Made by a program: the position numbers and the translations under genes. 64,000 nucleotides of DNA from NCBI RefSeq assembly GCF_001194135.2, contig NC_068984.1, positions 122,650,921-122,714,920 of the forward strand, written 5' to 3'. The notes under the pieces were generated by a model. It searched no databases. It was not told the origin of the DNA and saw only the letters and a program-made list of their open reading frames with translations. Positions 1 through 10,294 of the stretch are shown piece after piece; the stretch's first letter is position 1; every line of letters starts with the position of its first letter. This stretch comes from Octopus bimaculoides. Its lineage: Eukaryota.

Positions 1-39
<39 letters not shown>

Positions 40-86
40 GTAGGTATATATACTTGATGAAAATAATATATATATATATACATACA

Positions 87-305
87 TATAGAGGTTTCTA
101 AAAAGTTCCTGGCTTTAAGGGTATCGCGAAAGGCCTGGCTGGAGGCCCAACCTTCCGAGCTCTTTTGTAGAGTTTAGAAAAACTGAAGTAGCGCTGCAAT
201 AAGTGTGTGAATCTGTGAGGGGAATAAGTTGGATAAAATCATAATTAACTAATCCTCCTGTATTTTCTTTTGTCCAAGGCCCAGAGCTTTTCAGCTCTCC
301 TTCGT
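87..305. mobile_element. Mariner/Tc1-like MITE (degenerate)
   Basis: Left end gaggtttctaaaaagttcctggctt and right end aggcccagagcttttcagctctccttcgt form imperfect inverted termini resembling mariner-type TIRs; TA-rich flanks. Confidence 0.5.
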
Positions 306-340
306 TTATATGTATACACACATACACACACAATCACACA

Positions 341-406
<66 letters not shown>

Positions 407-1749
407 TGTATGTGCATATGTGTTTTTATATATATGTGTATGTATGTGTGTGTGTGTGTGTAAATGATCAAACAAACTTCAGAGAGACTAGTGTTGATCT
501 GTAGCAGCAAAACTGTATTATTTTGTAAAATCAACATGTGAACTTGCCATGGGGAGTTGAAAAACAAACGTTTCGGAGAGTCCATCCTCAGAGAAAATGC
601 GAAAAAAGAGATATTAAAGTTCGTCAACAGATTTTGATTTTACTATGCATGGATGCACACACACACACACACCCACACAGTGTCGAGGCAGATTCTCCTT
701 CATTGACCCAGATAGAGGCTGACTCCATGGTCACAGAAGCTTATTTTCCAAGTTAACTTGGGTGAGGGATGAATGATTCATGCTAAAGGACAACCCTAGA
801 GAAAGCAATTGGATGGTCACCAAGAAGGGAGAGTGGCTTCATATAATAAAAGTACTGTTGATCTTATGGTTACAAATTTAATTTGCTTCAGATCCTTATT
901 CACTACTATAAAAATCAGTTACTAAATAAATAAAAATATGTGGATATGGGACAATTACTACTAAAACATCCACCAACACTGAAACTATATACCCAAAGCA
1001 AAGCATTCCTTTGAATATTATTAATAAAGCACAAATAAGCAATGAAAAAATAAAGATATAGAATAAAAACAATGAAGTAATAGTTAAATTAAGACACCAT
1101 TATAATAACAAGAATGAACGGAAACAAAATAAATAAATGAAAAAAAAATCCACATCTCATTTCAAATATCTATATCCCCTGAAGATACAAAAGCTAACAG
1201 ACATTAAAAGTAAACATTGAAAGTGTTATTTGATAAATAATATAAATAATCTATAGAATGAAAGGATGATTAATTAGATTTTGGTGGAAAAAAAAAATAA
1301 TTTAAAATTTTTGAAAATAAACAAATATTATAAATTAACAATTGAAAAATCATAATTTCTTACATGAGTTTGGCAGACTGTGCAGACAAAGTGAAGAGTA
1401 GTGTGGCAGGCAAGGAAGAAACTATTTAGGATCAGAAAGGATTCTTTTCTTCTGTAGGAGAATCATCAGGATTTTCTGTTAACTTTTTGCTCGTCCTGTG
1501 TATCAGATGTGATATAGAGAATATATTTCCTTGGCACTCACACACATATGAGACACATTCCCAATTTTTTTTATTTCTCAATCTCTGAGTGACTTGGGAT
1601 TTATGAAAAGAAAGCTTTATATTATTCAGAACATATAAAACAAAGGATTACTAAATGTTTAAAAACAAACACGGACATTCAGAACAAAAATATGAAAATG
1701 CCTTGGATAGACATAAGTTAAACAGTAAAAGTAAAAGATTCTTAAATTA

Positions 1750-2160
1750 CATTTTTTTAAACAATATATCTAAGGGGTATTGTCACAATCTATTTTTCTG
1801 GATAGAGCAAAATTATTGTAATACTTTATCAGAAAAATAGCTAACTTAGTATCCTCTATAAAGATTAATATTTCTCAAAACATCTGTGATTTCATGTCAA
1901 AGACACAAAAACTTTCCTCAGTGCTTCTCTTGATATGGTCCTTGTTCGATTTTGGTTCTCCTCTTCAAGGTTCTGTTATTGTTGCAAGAATTCAGCCTCT
2001 TCCCACTGAAGTTCATTCAGATTTTCAATGGATTATTGCCTTCAACCAAGTCATTCTTATCCTCTTCGGTCACATTCAAGCTTCTCTAATTACTCAAACA
2101 TGTTAATTTCTTCAATTATAGGCTCAAACAATTCAAAGTCCCTTGAAGTGACAGTATCAG
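1750..2160 (-). pseudogene. Decayed Tigger/pogo-type transposase C-terminal region
   Basis: Minus-strand translation across frameshifts and stops gives DFELFEPIIEEINMFE.., LNVTEEDKNDLVEG.., ENLNELQWEEAEF..EEENQNRTRTISREALRKVF..FEKY..PLDILFKK, resembling the acidic tail of Tigger transposases (DFEGF..V.EEDV.EL..EL..EE). Confidence 0.55.
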
Positions 2161-2304
2161 ATCACAGCACTCTCCAAGAAGAGTTCAAGTACTTCTAATG
2201 GTTTCGCTGTTAAATGTACTGCATCTGCAATGAGGAAGTGATTTTTCTGAAGCTCTTTAAATGTCACAATAAAGCAACTTCAAAATAGGCTCTGAATAGA
2301 TGCT

Positions 2305-2539
2305 TTGGCGGCGAGTTAGCAGAAACGTTAGCATGCCGGGCGAAATGCTTAGCGGTATTTCGTCTGCTGTTACGTTCTGAGTTCAAATTCCGCCTAGGTC
2401 GACTTTGCCTTTCATCCTTTCGGGGTTGATTAATTAAGTACCAGTTACGCACTGGGGCCGATGTAATCGACTTAACCCCTTTGTCTGTCCTTGTTTGTCC
2501 CCTCTATGTTTGTCCCCTCTATGTTTGTCCCCTTGTGAG
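2305..2539 (+). mobile_element. tRNA-derived SINE, family B (young copy)
   Basis: ggcggcgag..agcagaaacgttagc head, B-box-like gagttcaaattcc, body gtcgactttgcctttcatcctttcgggg; recurs more than 15 times in the window. Confidence 0.8.
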
Positions 2540-3284
2540 NNNNNNNNNNNNNNNNNNNNNNNNNNNNNNNNNNNNNNNNNNNNNNNNNNNNNNNNNNNNN
2601 NNNNNNNNNNNNNNNNNNNNNNNNNNNNNNNNNNNNNNNNNNNNNNNNNNNNNNNNNNNNNNNNNNNNNNNNNNNNNNNNNNNNNNNNNNNNNNNNNNNN
2701 NNNNNNNNNNNNNNNNNNNNNNNNNNNNNNNNNNNNNNNNNNNNNNNNNNNNNNNNNNNNNNNNNNNNNNNNNNNNNNNNNNNNNNNNNNNNNNNNNNNN
2801 NNNNNNNNNNNNNNNNNNNNNNNNNNNNNNNNNNNNNNNNNNNNNNNNNNNNNNNNNNNNNNNNNNNNNNNNNNNNNNNNNNNNNNNNNNNNNNNNNNNN
2901 NNNNNNNNNNNNNNNNNNNNNNNNNNNNNNNNNNNNNNNNNNNNNNNNNNNNNNNNNNNNNNNNNNNNNNNNNNNNNNNNNNNNNNNNNNNNNNNNNNNN
3001 NNNNNNNNNNNNNNNNNNNNNNNNNNNNNNNNNNNNNNNNNNNNNNNNNNNNNNNNNNNNNNNNNNNNNNNNNNNNNNNNNNNNNNNNNNNNNNNNNNNN
3101 NNNNNNNNNNNNNNNNNNNNNNNNNNNNNNNNNNNNNNNNNNNNNNNNNNNNNNNNNNNNNNNNNNNNNNNNNNNNNNNNNNNNNNNNNNNNNNNNNNNN
3201 NNNNNNNNNNNNNNNNNNNNNNNNNNNNNNNNNNNNNNNNNNNNNNNNNNNNNNNNNNNNNNNNNNNNNNNNNNNNNNNNNNNN
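2540..3284. other. Assembly gap
   Basis: N-run. Others at 3973-3983, 5442-5622, 7801-7936, 10295-10792, 20189-20198, 27237-27823, 29322-29499, 44019-44357 and 54929-54962. Confidence 1.
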
Positions 3285-3371
3285 ACTTCTAGGCATTTTT
3301 TTCCAAGAAAAACCCATCTCCTGACAGTTAAAATCCTATTAAGAAAATAAACCTCACTTTATAAGCTCAAA

Positions 3372-3427
3372 TCGTCCAACCCATGCCAGCATGGAGAGCG
3401 GACGTTAAACGATGATGATGATGATGA
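3372..3427 (+). mobile_element. RTE-type LINE 3' tail fragment
   Basis: tccaacccatgccagcatggagagcggacgttaaac followed by (GAT)n; same tail as the ORF-bearing copy at 29094-29637. Confidence 0.75.
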
Positions 3428-3749
3428 ATAAATTACAATATAATTTTTTATAAAAAAATCAAAATTTTTCCTTGAAAAATTTCCATTGGTTTTGTCTCAA
3501 ATGAAACCATCATCATTTTAATATCCGCTTTTCCATGCTTGCATGGGTGGGGTGGAGTTTATTGAGGGACATTTTCTACAGCCAGATGTTGCCAAATTTC
3601 ACTTGATTCTAAAATAAGATAGTATTTCCTCATAGCCAGACATATTTTGCAGAATACTGGAAATGAATGACACTGCTTACATGGTGCTCATTTACAACAA
3701 TCACTTGATGTTAGGACAAGGAGACACAAACACAGGCACTTAGCTACAC

Positions 3750-3839
3750 ATACGTGTGTATGTATGTATGTATGTATGTATGTGTGATTATATGTATGTA
3801 TGTGTGTGTATGTATATATACATATAGATAATATATATG

Positions 3840-3880
<41 letters not shown>

Positions 3881-3931
3881 ATGTATATATGTATGTGTGC
3901 GTATATGTATATATGTATGTGTGCGTATATG

Positions 3932-3972
<41 letters not shown>

Positions 3973-3990
3973 NNNNNNNNNNTATATATA
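3750..3990. repeat. Compound (TATG)/(TA)/(TG) microsatellite
   Basis: Seen directly. Similar tracts at 1-38, 316-460, 6260-6720, 32742-32815, 41450-41550, 49100-49310, 51075-51112 and 56100-56150. Confidence 0.95.
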
Positions 3991-4019
3991 GTGTATGACA
4001 GTGACATTCAGCTACAACA

Positions 4020-4270
4020 ACCACATGATGTTAAGACACACCCATACATGTATACATATATATATTTATTTATATACATATGTGTGTGTGTGTGTGCATG
4101 TATGCACCCAAACACACAACAGACTTCTTTCAGTCTTTGTCTTCTATATCTACTCACAAGTCTTTGATCAGCTTGAAGACTATAATAGAAGGCACTTGCC
4201 CAAGATATCTAAAGGAGGGTGGAGGGACTGAGCCCGAAACCATGTGGTTGGAATACAAGCTTCTCAAACC
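4020..4270 (-). mobile_element. tRNA-derived SINE family A (head and body)
   Basis: Reverse complement of the head seen intact at 55431 (ccatgtggttggaatacaagcttc; gaaggcacttgcccaag). Confidence 0.7.
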
Positions 4271-4639
4271 AGACACCCATACTTGTGTCTATACAAATAA
4301 CAAACGAAATTCATGGAACACGTGTCAGACTCAGACACTCGTTTGTTTTGATGCACAAAGTCTATGTGTTTTCTTTAATAGTGGCCAGTTTACATGGGCA
4401 GACCCAAACGATCTTTGTTAGGTTTAGTGTCGTTTGTTATTTTTGTATAGAAATCATTCATGGACATGATTTTATTCATTACCATCCATCCAACTTTTCT
4501 GCCCACTATTCCTGAGTGGGTTGTGAGAGTAGGGTCCTCAGGTACCTCCTCCATAGAGGGCTCTATCAGAAGAAACTAATATTAGACTTTCTGGTTGGAT
4601 TCCTTGGCATGACTGAGATTATGGATATTACCCAACCTT

Positions 4640-4963
4640 TTTTACTTGTTTCAGTCGTTATACTGTGGCCATAGTGGGGCACCGTCTTGAAGAATTTTTA
4701 GTTGACTGAATCGACCCCAGTACTTTTTATTTTTTAAAGCCTGGTACTTATTCTATTGGTCTCCTTCATGATTTAACCTAGGGATTCTCAACTGGTGTTG
4801 ATTTGTTTATTGTCCCTATAACTTAGCAGTTCAGCAAAAGAGACCAATAGAATAAGTACCAGGCTTAAAAAAATAAAAAGTACTGGGGTCGATTCAGTCA
4901 ACTAAAAATTCTTCAAGATGGTGCCCCACTATGGCCACAGTGTAACGACTGAAACAAGTAAAA
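4640..4963. repeat. Near-perfect 124-bp inverted repeat made of the SINE family A 3' part
   Basis: Arm 4640-4763 versus the reverse complement of 4840-4963 differ at only 3 positions by eye; 76-nt spacer. Confidence 0.9.
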
Positions 4964-5135
4964 GATAAAAGATATACGGGATCTTTTCAATTTGATGGCC
5001 AGATTAAATTGAAAAGATCCGATACATATGTACATATGTATGTGTATGTGAATGTCTGGTTGTATGCATTTCTGTATGGGATTGTACACACACCTGTATA
5101 TGTTGGTGTGTGTGTGTGTGTATATAACTGTATAT

Positions 5136-5272
5136 CATCATCATCATCATCATCATCATTTAACGTCCGTTGTCCATGCTGGCATGGGTTGGAGGGTTTA
5201 ACCAGGACTGGCAAGCTGGAAGGCTGCACCAGACTCCAGTCTGATTTGACATGGTTCCTACTGCTGGATGCC
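5136..5272 (-). mobile_element. RTE-type LINE 3' tail fragment
   Basis: (CAT)n then ttaacgtccgttgtccatgctggcatgggttgg..ctggatgcc. Confidence 0.75.
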
Positions 5273-5273
5273 T

Positions 5274-5320
<47 letters not shown>

Positions 5321-5622
5321 ATTAACTGTCCGAAATGGTCGTGACTTCTGGGACTTGACTGATGAAAGAAAGCCAAGAATGTTCAGTCTTTTTTCACCTG
5401 TCCTAATTGTTGTTTCTCTTGTCCGCCTTTGTACCGTCTATNNNNNNNNNNNNNNNNNNNNNNNNNNNNNNNNNNNNNNNNNNNNNNNNNNNNNNNNNNN
5501 NNNNNNNNNNNNNNNNNNNNNNNNNNNNNNNNNNNNNNNNNNNNNNNNNNNNNNNNNNNNNNNNNNNNNNNNNNNNNNNNNNNNNNNNNNNNNNNNNNNN
5601 NNNNNNNNNNNNNNNNNNNNNN

Positions 5623-5815
5623 ATATATACCGGAGTAAGCACATAAATGTGCAACAAGGTGGAAAAAAGAGTGCTCAAATACCAGAGGTAGAGTAATATG
5701 CTTTATTTAAAAGCAGCAGAAATATAACAAAAAACTAACAAAACTGTCCGATGAACGGGAACGTGAAACTCCGAGTAACAGTTTTTTGTTATATTTCTGC
5801 TGCTTTTAAATAAAG
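5623..5815. mobile_element. Penelope-like terminal repeat in inverted (foldback) arrangement
   Basis: 36-bp perfect arms 5701-5736 and 5780-5815 enclosing a minimal hammerhead motif. Penelope assignment is inferred from the hammerhead type and the inverted partial terminal repeat. Confidence 0.6.
5740..5785 (+). ncRNA. Minimal type I hammerhead ribozyme
   Basis: aaaactgt-CCGATGA-acg(ggaa)cgt-GAAA-ctc c gag-TA|acagtttt. It has an 8-bp stem I, core C(C)GANGA, a 3-bp stem II with a GNRA loop, a palindromic stem III, and a GUA cleavage triplet ending at 5777. Confidence 0.75.
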
Positions 5816-6552
5816 TATGTATATATATATATATGTATGTATGTGTATAATTATGCATGTGTATGTGATTATGTCTGTATATCTGTATGTGTGTGTCTGT
5901 ATGTATAAGCATGCGTATATGCAATTACTCTGCTTAGATTTTGTTGATAATTCTATGTATGTATGTATGTATGTATGTTTGTATGCATGCATGTATGAAT
6001 GCATGTGTATGTGTATACTCACACATCTAAGTGTATTTTATCTAAAGAAGAGGGGTGGGTAAGAAACAGGAAAGTAAACTAAAAAATACCAAAACTTCTG
6101 CCAAAATCTAAAACGTTCAGGGTGAAGGGGTTATGTGTGGTAGAGTGTTTATATCTGAGTGACGGAAAAGAGTAGAAGGGATTGCGTGTGTGCATATGTG
6201 AATGAATAAGCATGTAGGTGTGTGTACGACATAAAAATGTAAATTTTTTGTTTTAGAAAAGAGAATAAGTGTGTGTGTGTGTTTTGAGAGAAGAAGAAAT
6301 ATGTTTGCGTGTGTGTGTTTTGAGAGAAATATTAGTGTGTGCGTTTTGAGAGAAAAAGAAGTGTGTGTGTATGCATGTGTGTGTGTGAGTATGTCTAAGT
6401 AGAAGGAATGAGAGGGTGTGTATGGCGAATGATAATGTATGGATGGATGGATAGATTGAAAGTGTATGCTGAGTGAGAGAGAGAGAGAGAGACAGAGACA
6501 GACAGAGAAAGAGAAAAGAATTCCTAGTCTCGAAAGTGTGTGCGTGAGTGGG

Positions 6553-6618
<66 letters not shown>

Positions 6619-7149
6619 ACGAGCGTGCGTGCGTGCAGTAAAAATGAGAGACTGAAATTGCAGGAAGATGAAGTGTGAGACAGTCGGAGATAGAAAGAGT
6701 GAGAGAGAGAGAGGGGAGAGTAAAGTTGCGAGGAGAGAAAGAGAGATTGAATGAGAGAATAAAAGAATGAAAGATTATAATAATAATGTAATAACAATAA
6801 TAAGTAGGGGAAAGAGATAAGTGAGAAAAACTGACTTAAAAGGAACAAATAAAATTAAAACTATTAGAGATAGAAAGAAAGAGAGAAGGAGAGACACACA
6901 CAGTGTGACGGGGGTCGATTTGTGTGGGACAACAAAAAAATAGTGGAAGAACCGCCCAAGAGACAGACGATAGATGGATAGTTAGATAGAGAGAGAAGAA
7001 GAGAGAAGAGAAGAAAAAGAGGATAGTGTAAAATAAGACGTGCTTATTATTACATACATATCATACATACACACAGATATATACACACACACATACATAT
7101 ACATATATATATACATTTAATCGTATTGAGCCCTCTACGTATAGAGAGA

Positions 7150-7238
7150 GGGGGACAGAGAGGGGGAAAAAAGAGAGACAGCATAGCGACGGTTTTGGCT
7201 GACTGTCATCCTGTACTCCCCTCGTTGCCAGCGAAATG
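7150..7238 (+). other. Candidate 5' UTR exon ending in the start codon (ATG|gtatgt)
   Basis: gcgaaATG at 7236-7238 directly followed by the strong donor GTATGT, preceded by GA-rich, CpG-retaining promoter-like sequence. 5' boundary unknown. Confidence 0.3.
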
Positions 7239-7936
7239 GTATGTGCGGCTGTCTGAGCAACTCGTTGCTTCTTCCCCAGCTGGGCATTCAGCAAGGCAGG
7301 GTGTAAATTGTGTCGGACACACAGACTGACTAAGAGGGACAACGGCAGCAACTAAGCCAACTCTTTAAAAAAAGGACACCGCTCAGCAGGAAACCGGGTA
7401 CCTTGAAGTGGACATACAAAATTATTGTAGTACCCGGTTACTCTATGTAAAAGAAAACAAATACAGGCTACCATCGTTTATATGTAAATACATAATAATA
7501 TATACATATAGGAGTATATCCGTTATATACACACTGTGATTATGAAAGAGATTCTTTACTATTTAACAACTTAAAAAGCTCTGTTGGATTTCGAAATTTC
7601 GTGTAATCTGCAAACATATAGCTAGCTATACAAACATGCATTGATATTCCCACACAAATTATATATACGCGTCACCCAATTTACAATTATACACGCTTTT
7701 ACAGTTATACATATATACACACACATACGCACACATTGATACTGCCACAAATATATACCCACTCATACCTACACACACACACACACACACACACATACAT
7801 NNNNNNNNNNNNNNNNNNNNNNNNNNNNNNNNNNNNNNNNNNNNNNNNNNNNNNNNNNNNNNNNNNNNNNNNNNNNNNNNNNNNNNNNNNNNNNNNNNNN
7901 NNNNNNNNNNNNNNNNNNNNNNNNNNNNNNNNNNNN

Positions 7937-7976
<40 letters not shown>

Positions 7977-8114
7977 CTGTTATCCCATAAATCGCATTAC
8001 CCCACAACTAATATAGCCTTTACATTATTCCATACTTTTTCGAACAAAAGAGTGAAAGAAAAAAAAGTTGTTTTTTTTTAAACTATCAAAAGTACAAATC
8101 GTCACTAAACAACC

Positions 8115-8174
8115 ATGAAGTCAGCTAAACTTGCTGTGAGCAGTGAAGGTAGCCCAGAGACAAAAATCGACCAG
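8115..8174 (+). CDS. Candidate first coding exon MKSAKLAVSSEGSPETKIDQ (phase 0)
   Basis: Good Kozak context acaaccATG, non-repetitive protein-like translation and CAG|gtttgt donor. Protein not recognised. Confidence 0.45.
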
Positions 8175-9369
8175 GTTTGTCAAACCTATTATATCTATAC
8201 ATATGTACATGCATGCATATATATATATATATAGTTTGTGTGTGTGTATATATATATATATATAGTTTGTGTATATATAAACTTTGTATTTATTCATTTC
8301 GTGGGGAGGGACAGAGTTTGTGTGGACCTGCAGAAAAATAGGGTGGGGAAGATTTTTGCCCTCCACAAACCTCTTTCTGTATTTTTTTCAGATTGACTGT
8401 TTTTTAATGCCCCCCACCAAAAAAAAAAAATTTATGTTTTAAAAAAAAAAGTTATGCATATTTTTGCAGATTCATAATCTCAGAAGATATTTAAAACATA
8501 CACGTGAAAAAATAATTTTCAAAAGAAAGTTAAAACTGAAAAAAAATGGAAGGGAGGCAAGAAAAAAAAAATTACCCCGATTAGAATTTTTAAAATATAT
8601 AATCGTAATATAGGATGTTTTAAAACCTACATATCCGAAGAAATTATGGTTTTTTGGCGCACTGGATAATTTCCGACTCTGTTCTATAGGAACGCCTGTA
8701 TGATTGTATGGAAGTGCATCTATATATACGTGATTGTGTATACTGTATTTTCAAGATATTTTATAATGTTGTATATGTTAAATTCGTTTCACTAAACCAG
8801 AAAAATATTCAAACTCGTATTCAGATACTTCACACCCGTTATTTTTATTGCTTGTGTGTGTGACCACACCTTTTTAAACTCCTGTATTATACAAATATAC
8901 ATATACAAACATATATATATACAGCTTTTCATTATACCGGTTTTTCTTACACAAACTCTACGTATATTTATTTCACATACACTGTGTGTGTGTGTGTGTG
9001 TGTGTGTAATGCTGTATGTATTTGGGGTAACTATCATGGATTCGTCCTCGTTTTAATTTTTCTTAGACCACAATTGGGGAGCAACAGTGGAGGCTACCTA
9101 ACTTCCCATAGTACCATAGTGAACTGCTCCCATAGCAACAGTTAGCACCCTAGAGTCTGACTCAACCAGACTACGAGACTGCACCTTGAGTCCTCACATA
9201 CGAAAATAACTGGCTAGTTGCTAGGGACTCTCTATGGACCCTTCATTATAACAATTAGTTCCCAACGGTCAGTGCAAATGCCATTTTAACTGACAGCTCC
9301 ATACGGTTCATCCCATCATGAGTTAGATCGTAACCAGTGTGCAAATTTCGTAAAAGACATTCATTGTTG

Positions 9370-10294
9370 TCCCGAGATCAGTTTATCTTTTACCTTTCTT
9401 CCTGAGATCGATAAAATGAATTACCATTCAAGTATTGGGGTCGATTTAATCTGTTGTTCTCTTCTCCAAAATTTCACCACCTTTGTCTATGTTACAAACA
9501 TAGAGGCACAAAGGTAGTGAATTAGAAGAATCATTAGAACATTGGAAAAAAATGCTTTTCGGTATTGGTTCCGGCTCTTCATGTTCTGAGTTCAAATCCC
9601 ACTGAGGTCGATTTTGTCTTTCATCCTTTTGAGGTTCGATAAATTAAGTACTAGTTGAACACTGGAGTCGATGTGATCGACTAAACCCCTCTCTTAAAAA
9701 AAATTTCAGATCTTGAACTGGCAGAAATGTTTGCACGCCGAGCAAAATGCTTAGTGGCATTTCGTCCGTTTGTACGTTCTGATTTCAAATACTGCCGAGG
9801 TCAACTTTGCCTTTCATTCTTTGGAGGTCGTTGAAATAAGTACATGTTGAGAAGTGGGGTCGATGTGATCGACTAACCCCCTCTCCTCATATTTTCAGGC
9901 CTTGTGTCTATCTTAGAATTATTATTATTGAAGCGGCGAGCTGGCAGAATCGTTAACACGCCGGGCGAAATGCTTAGTAGTATTTCGTCGTCTGTCCTTC
10001 ATGTTCTGAGCTCAAATTCCGCCGAGGTCGACTTTGCCTTTCATCTTTTCGGAGTCGATAAAATGAGTACCAGTTGTGTACTGAAGTCGATTTAATCGAC
10101 TATCCCTTCTTCCTTATGCCTATAGAAGAAAGGATTAAGGCGGCCAGCTGGCAGGATCGCTAACATGCCGGTCAAACTGTTTAACTGTATTTCATCCGTC
10201 TGCACGTTTTGAGTTCAAATTCCCCCGATGTCAACTTTGCCTTCTATCCTTTCGGGGTCGATAAATTGAGTACAAGTTGCGTACTGGGGTCGAT
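9370..10294 (+). mobile_element. Head-to-tail array of about 5 SINE family B copies
   Basis: Units of about 200 bp, each with gagttcaaat..gtcga..tttgcctttcat..ggggtcgat; runs into the gap at 10295. Confidence 0.85.

Noticed and set aside
5350-5390. gaCTGATGAaagaaagcc near the 5.7-kb ribozyme
   Set aside because: No stem II followed by GAAA, and no C/D snoRNA D box.
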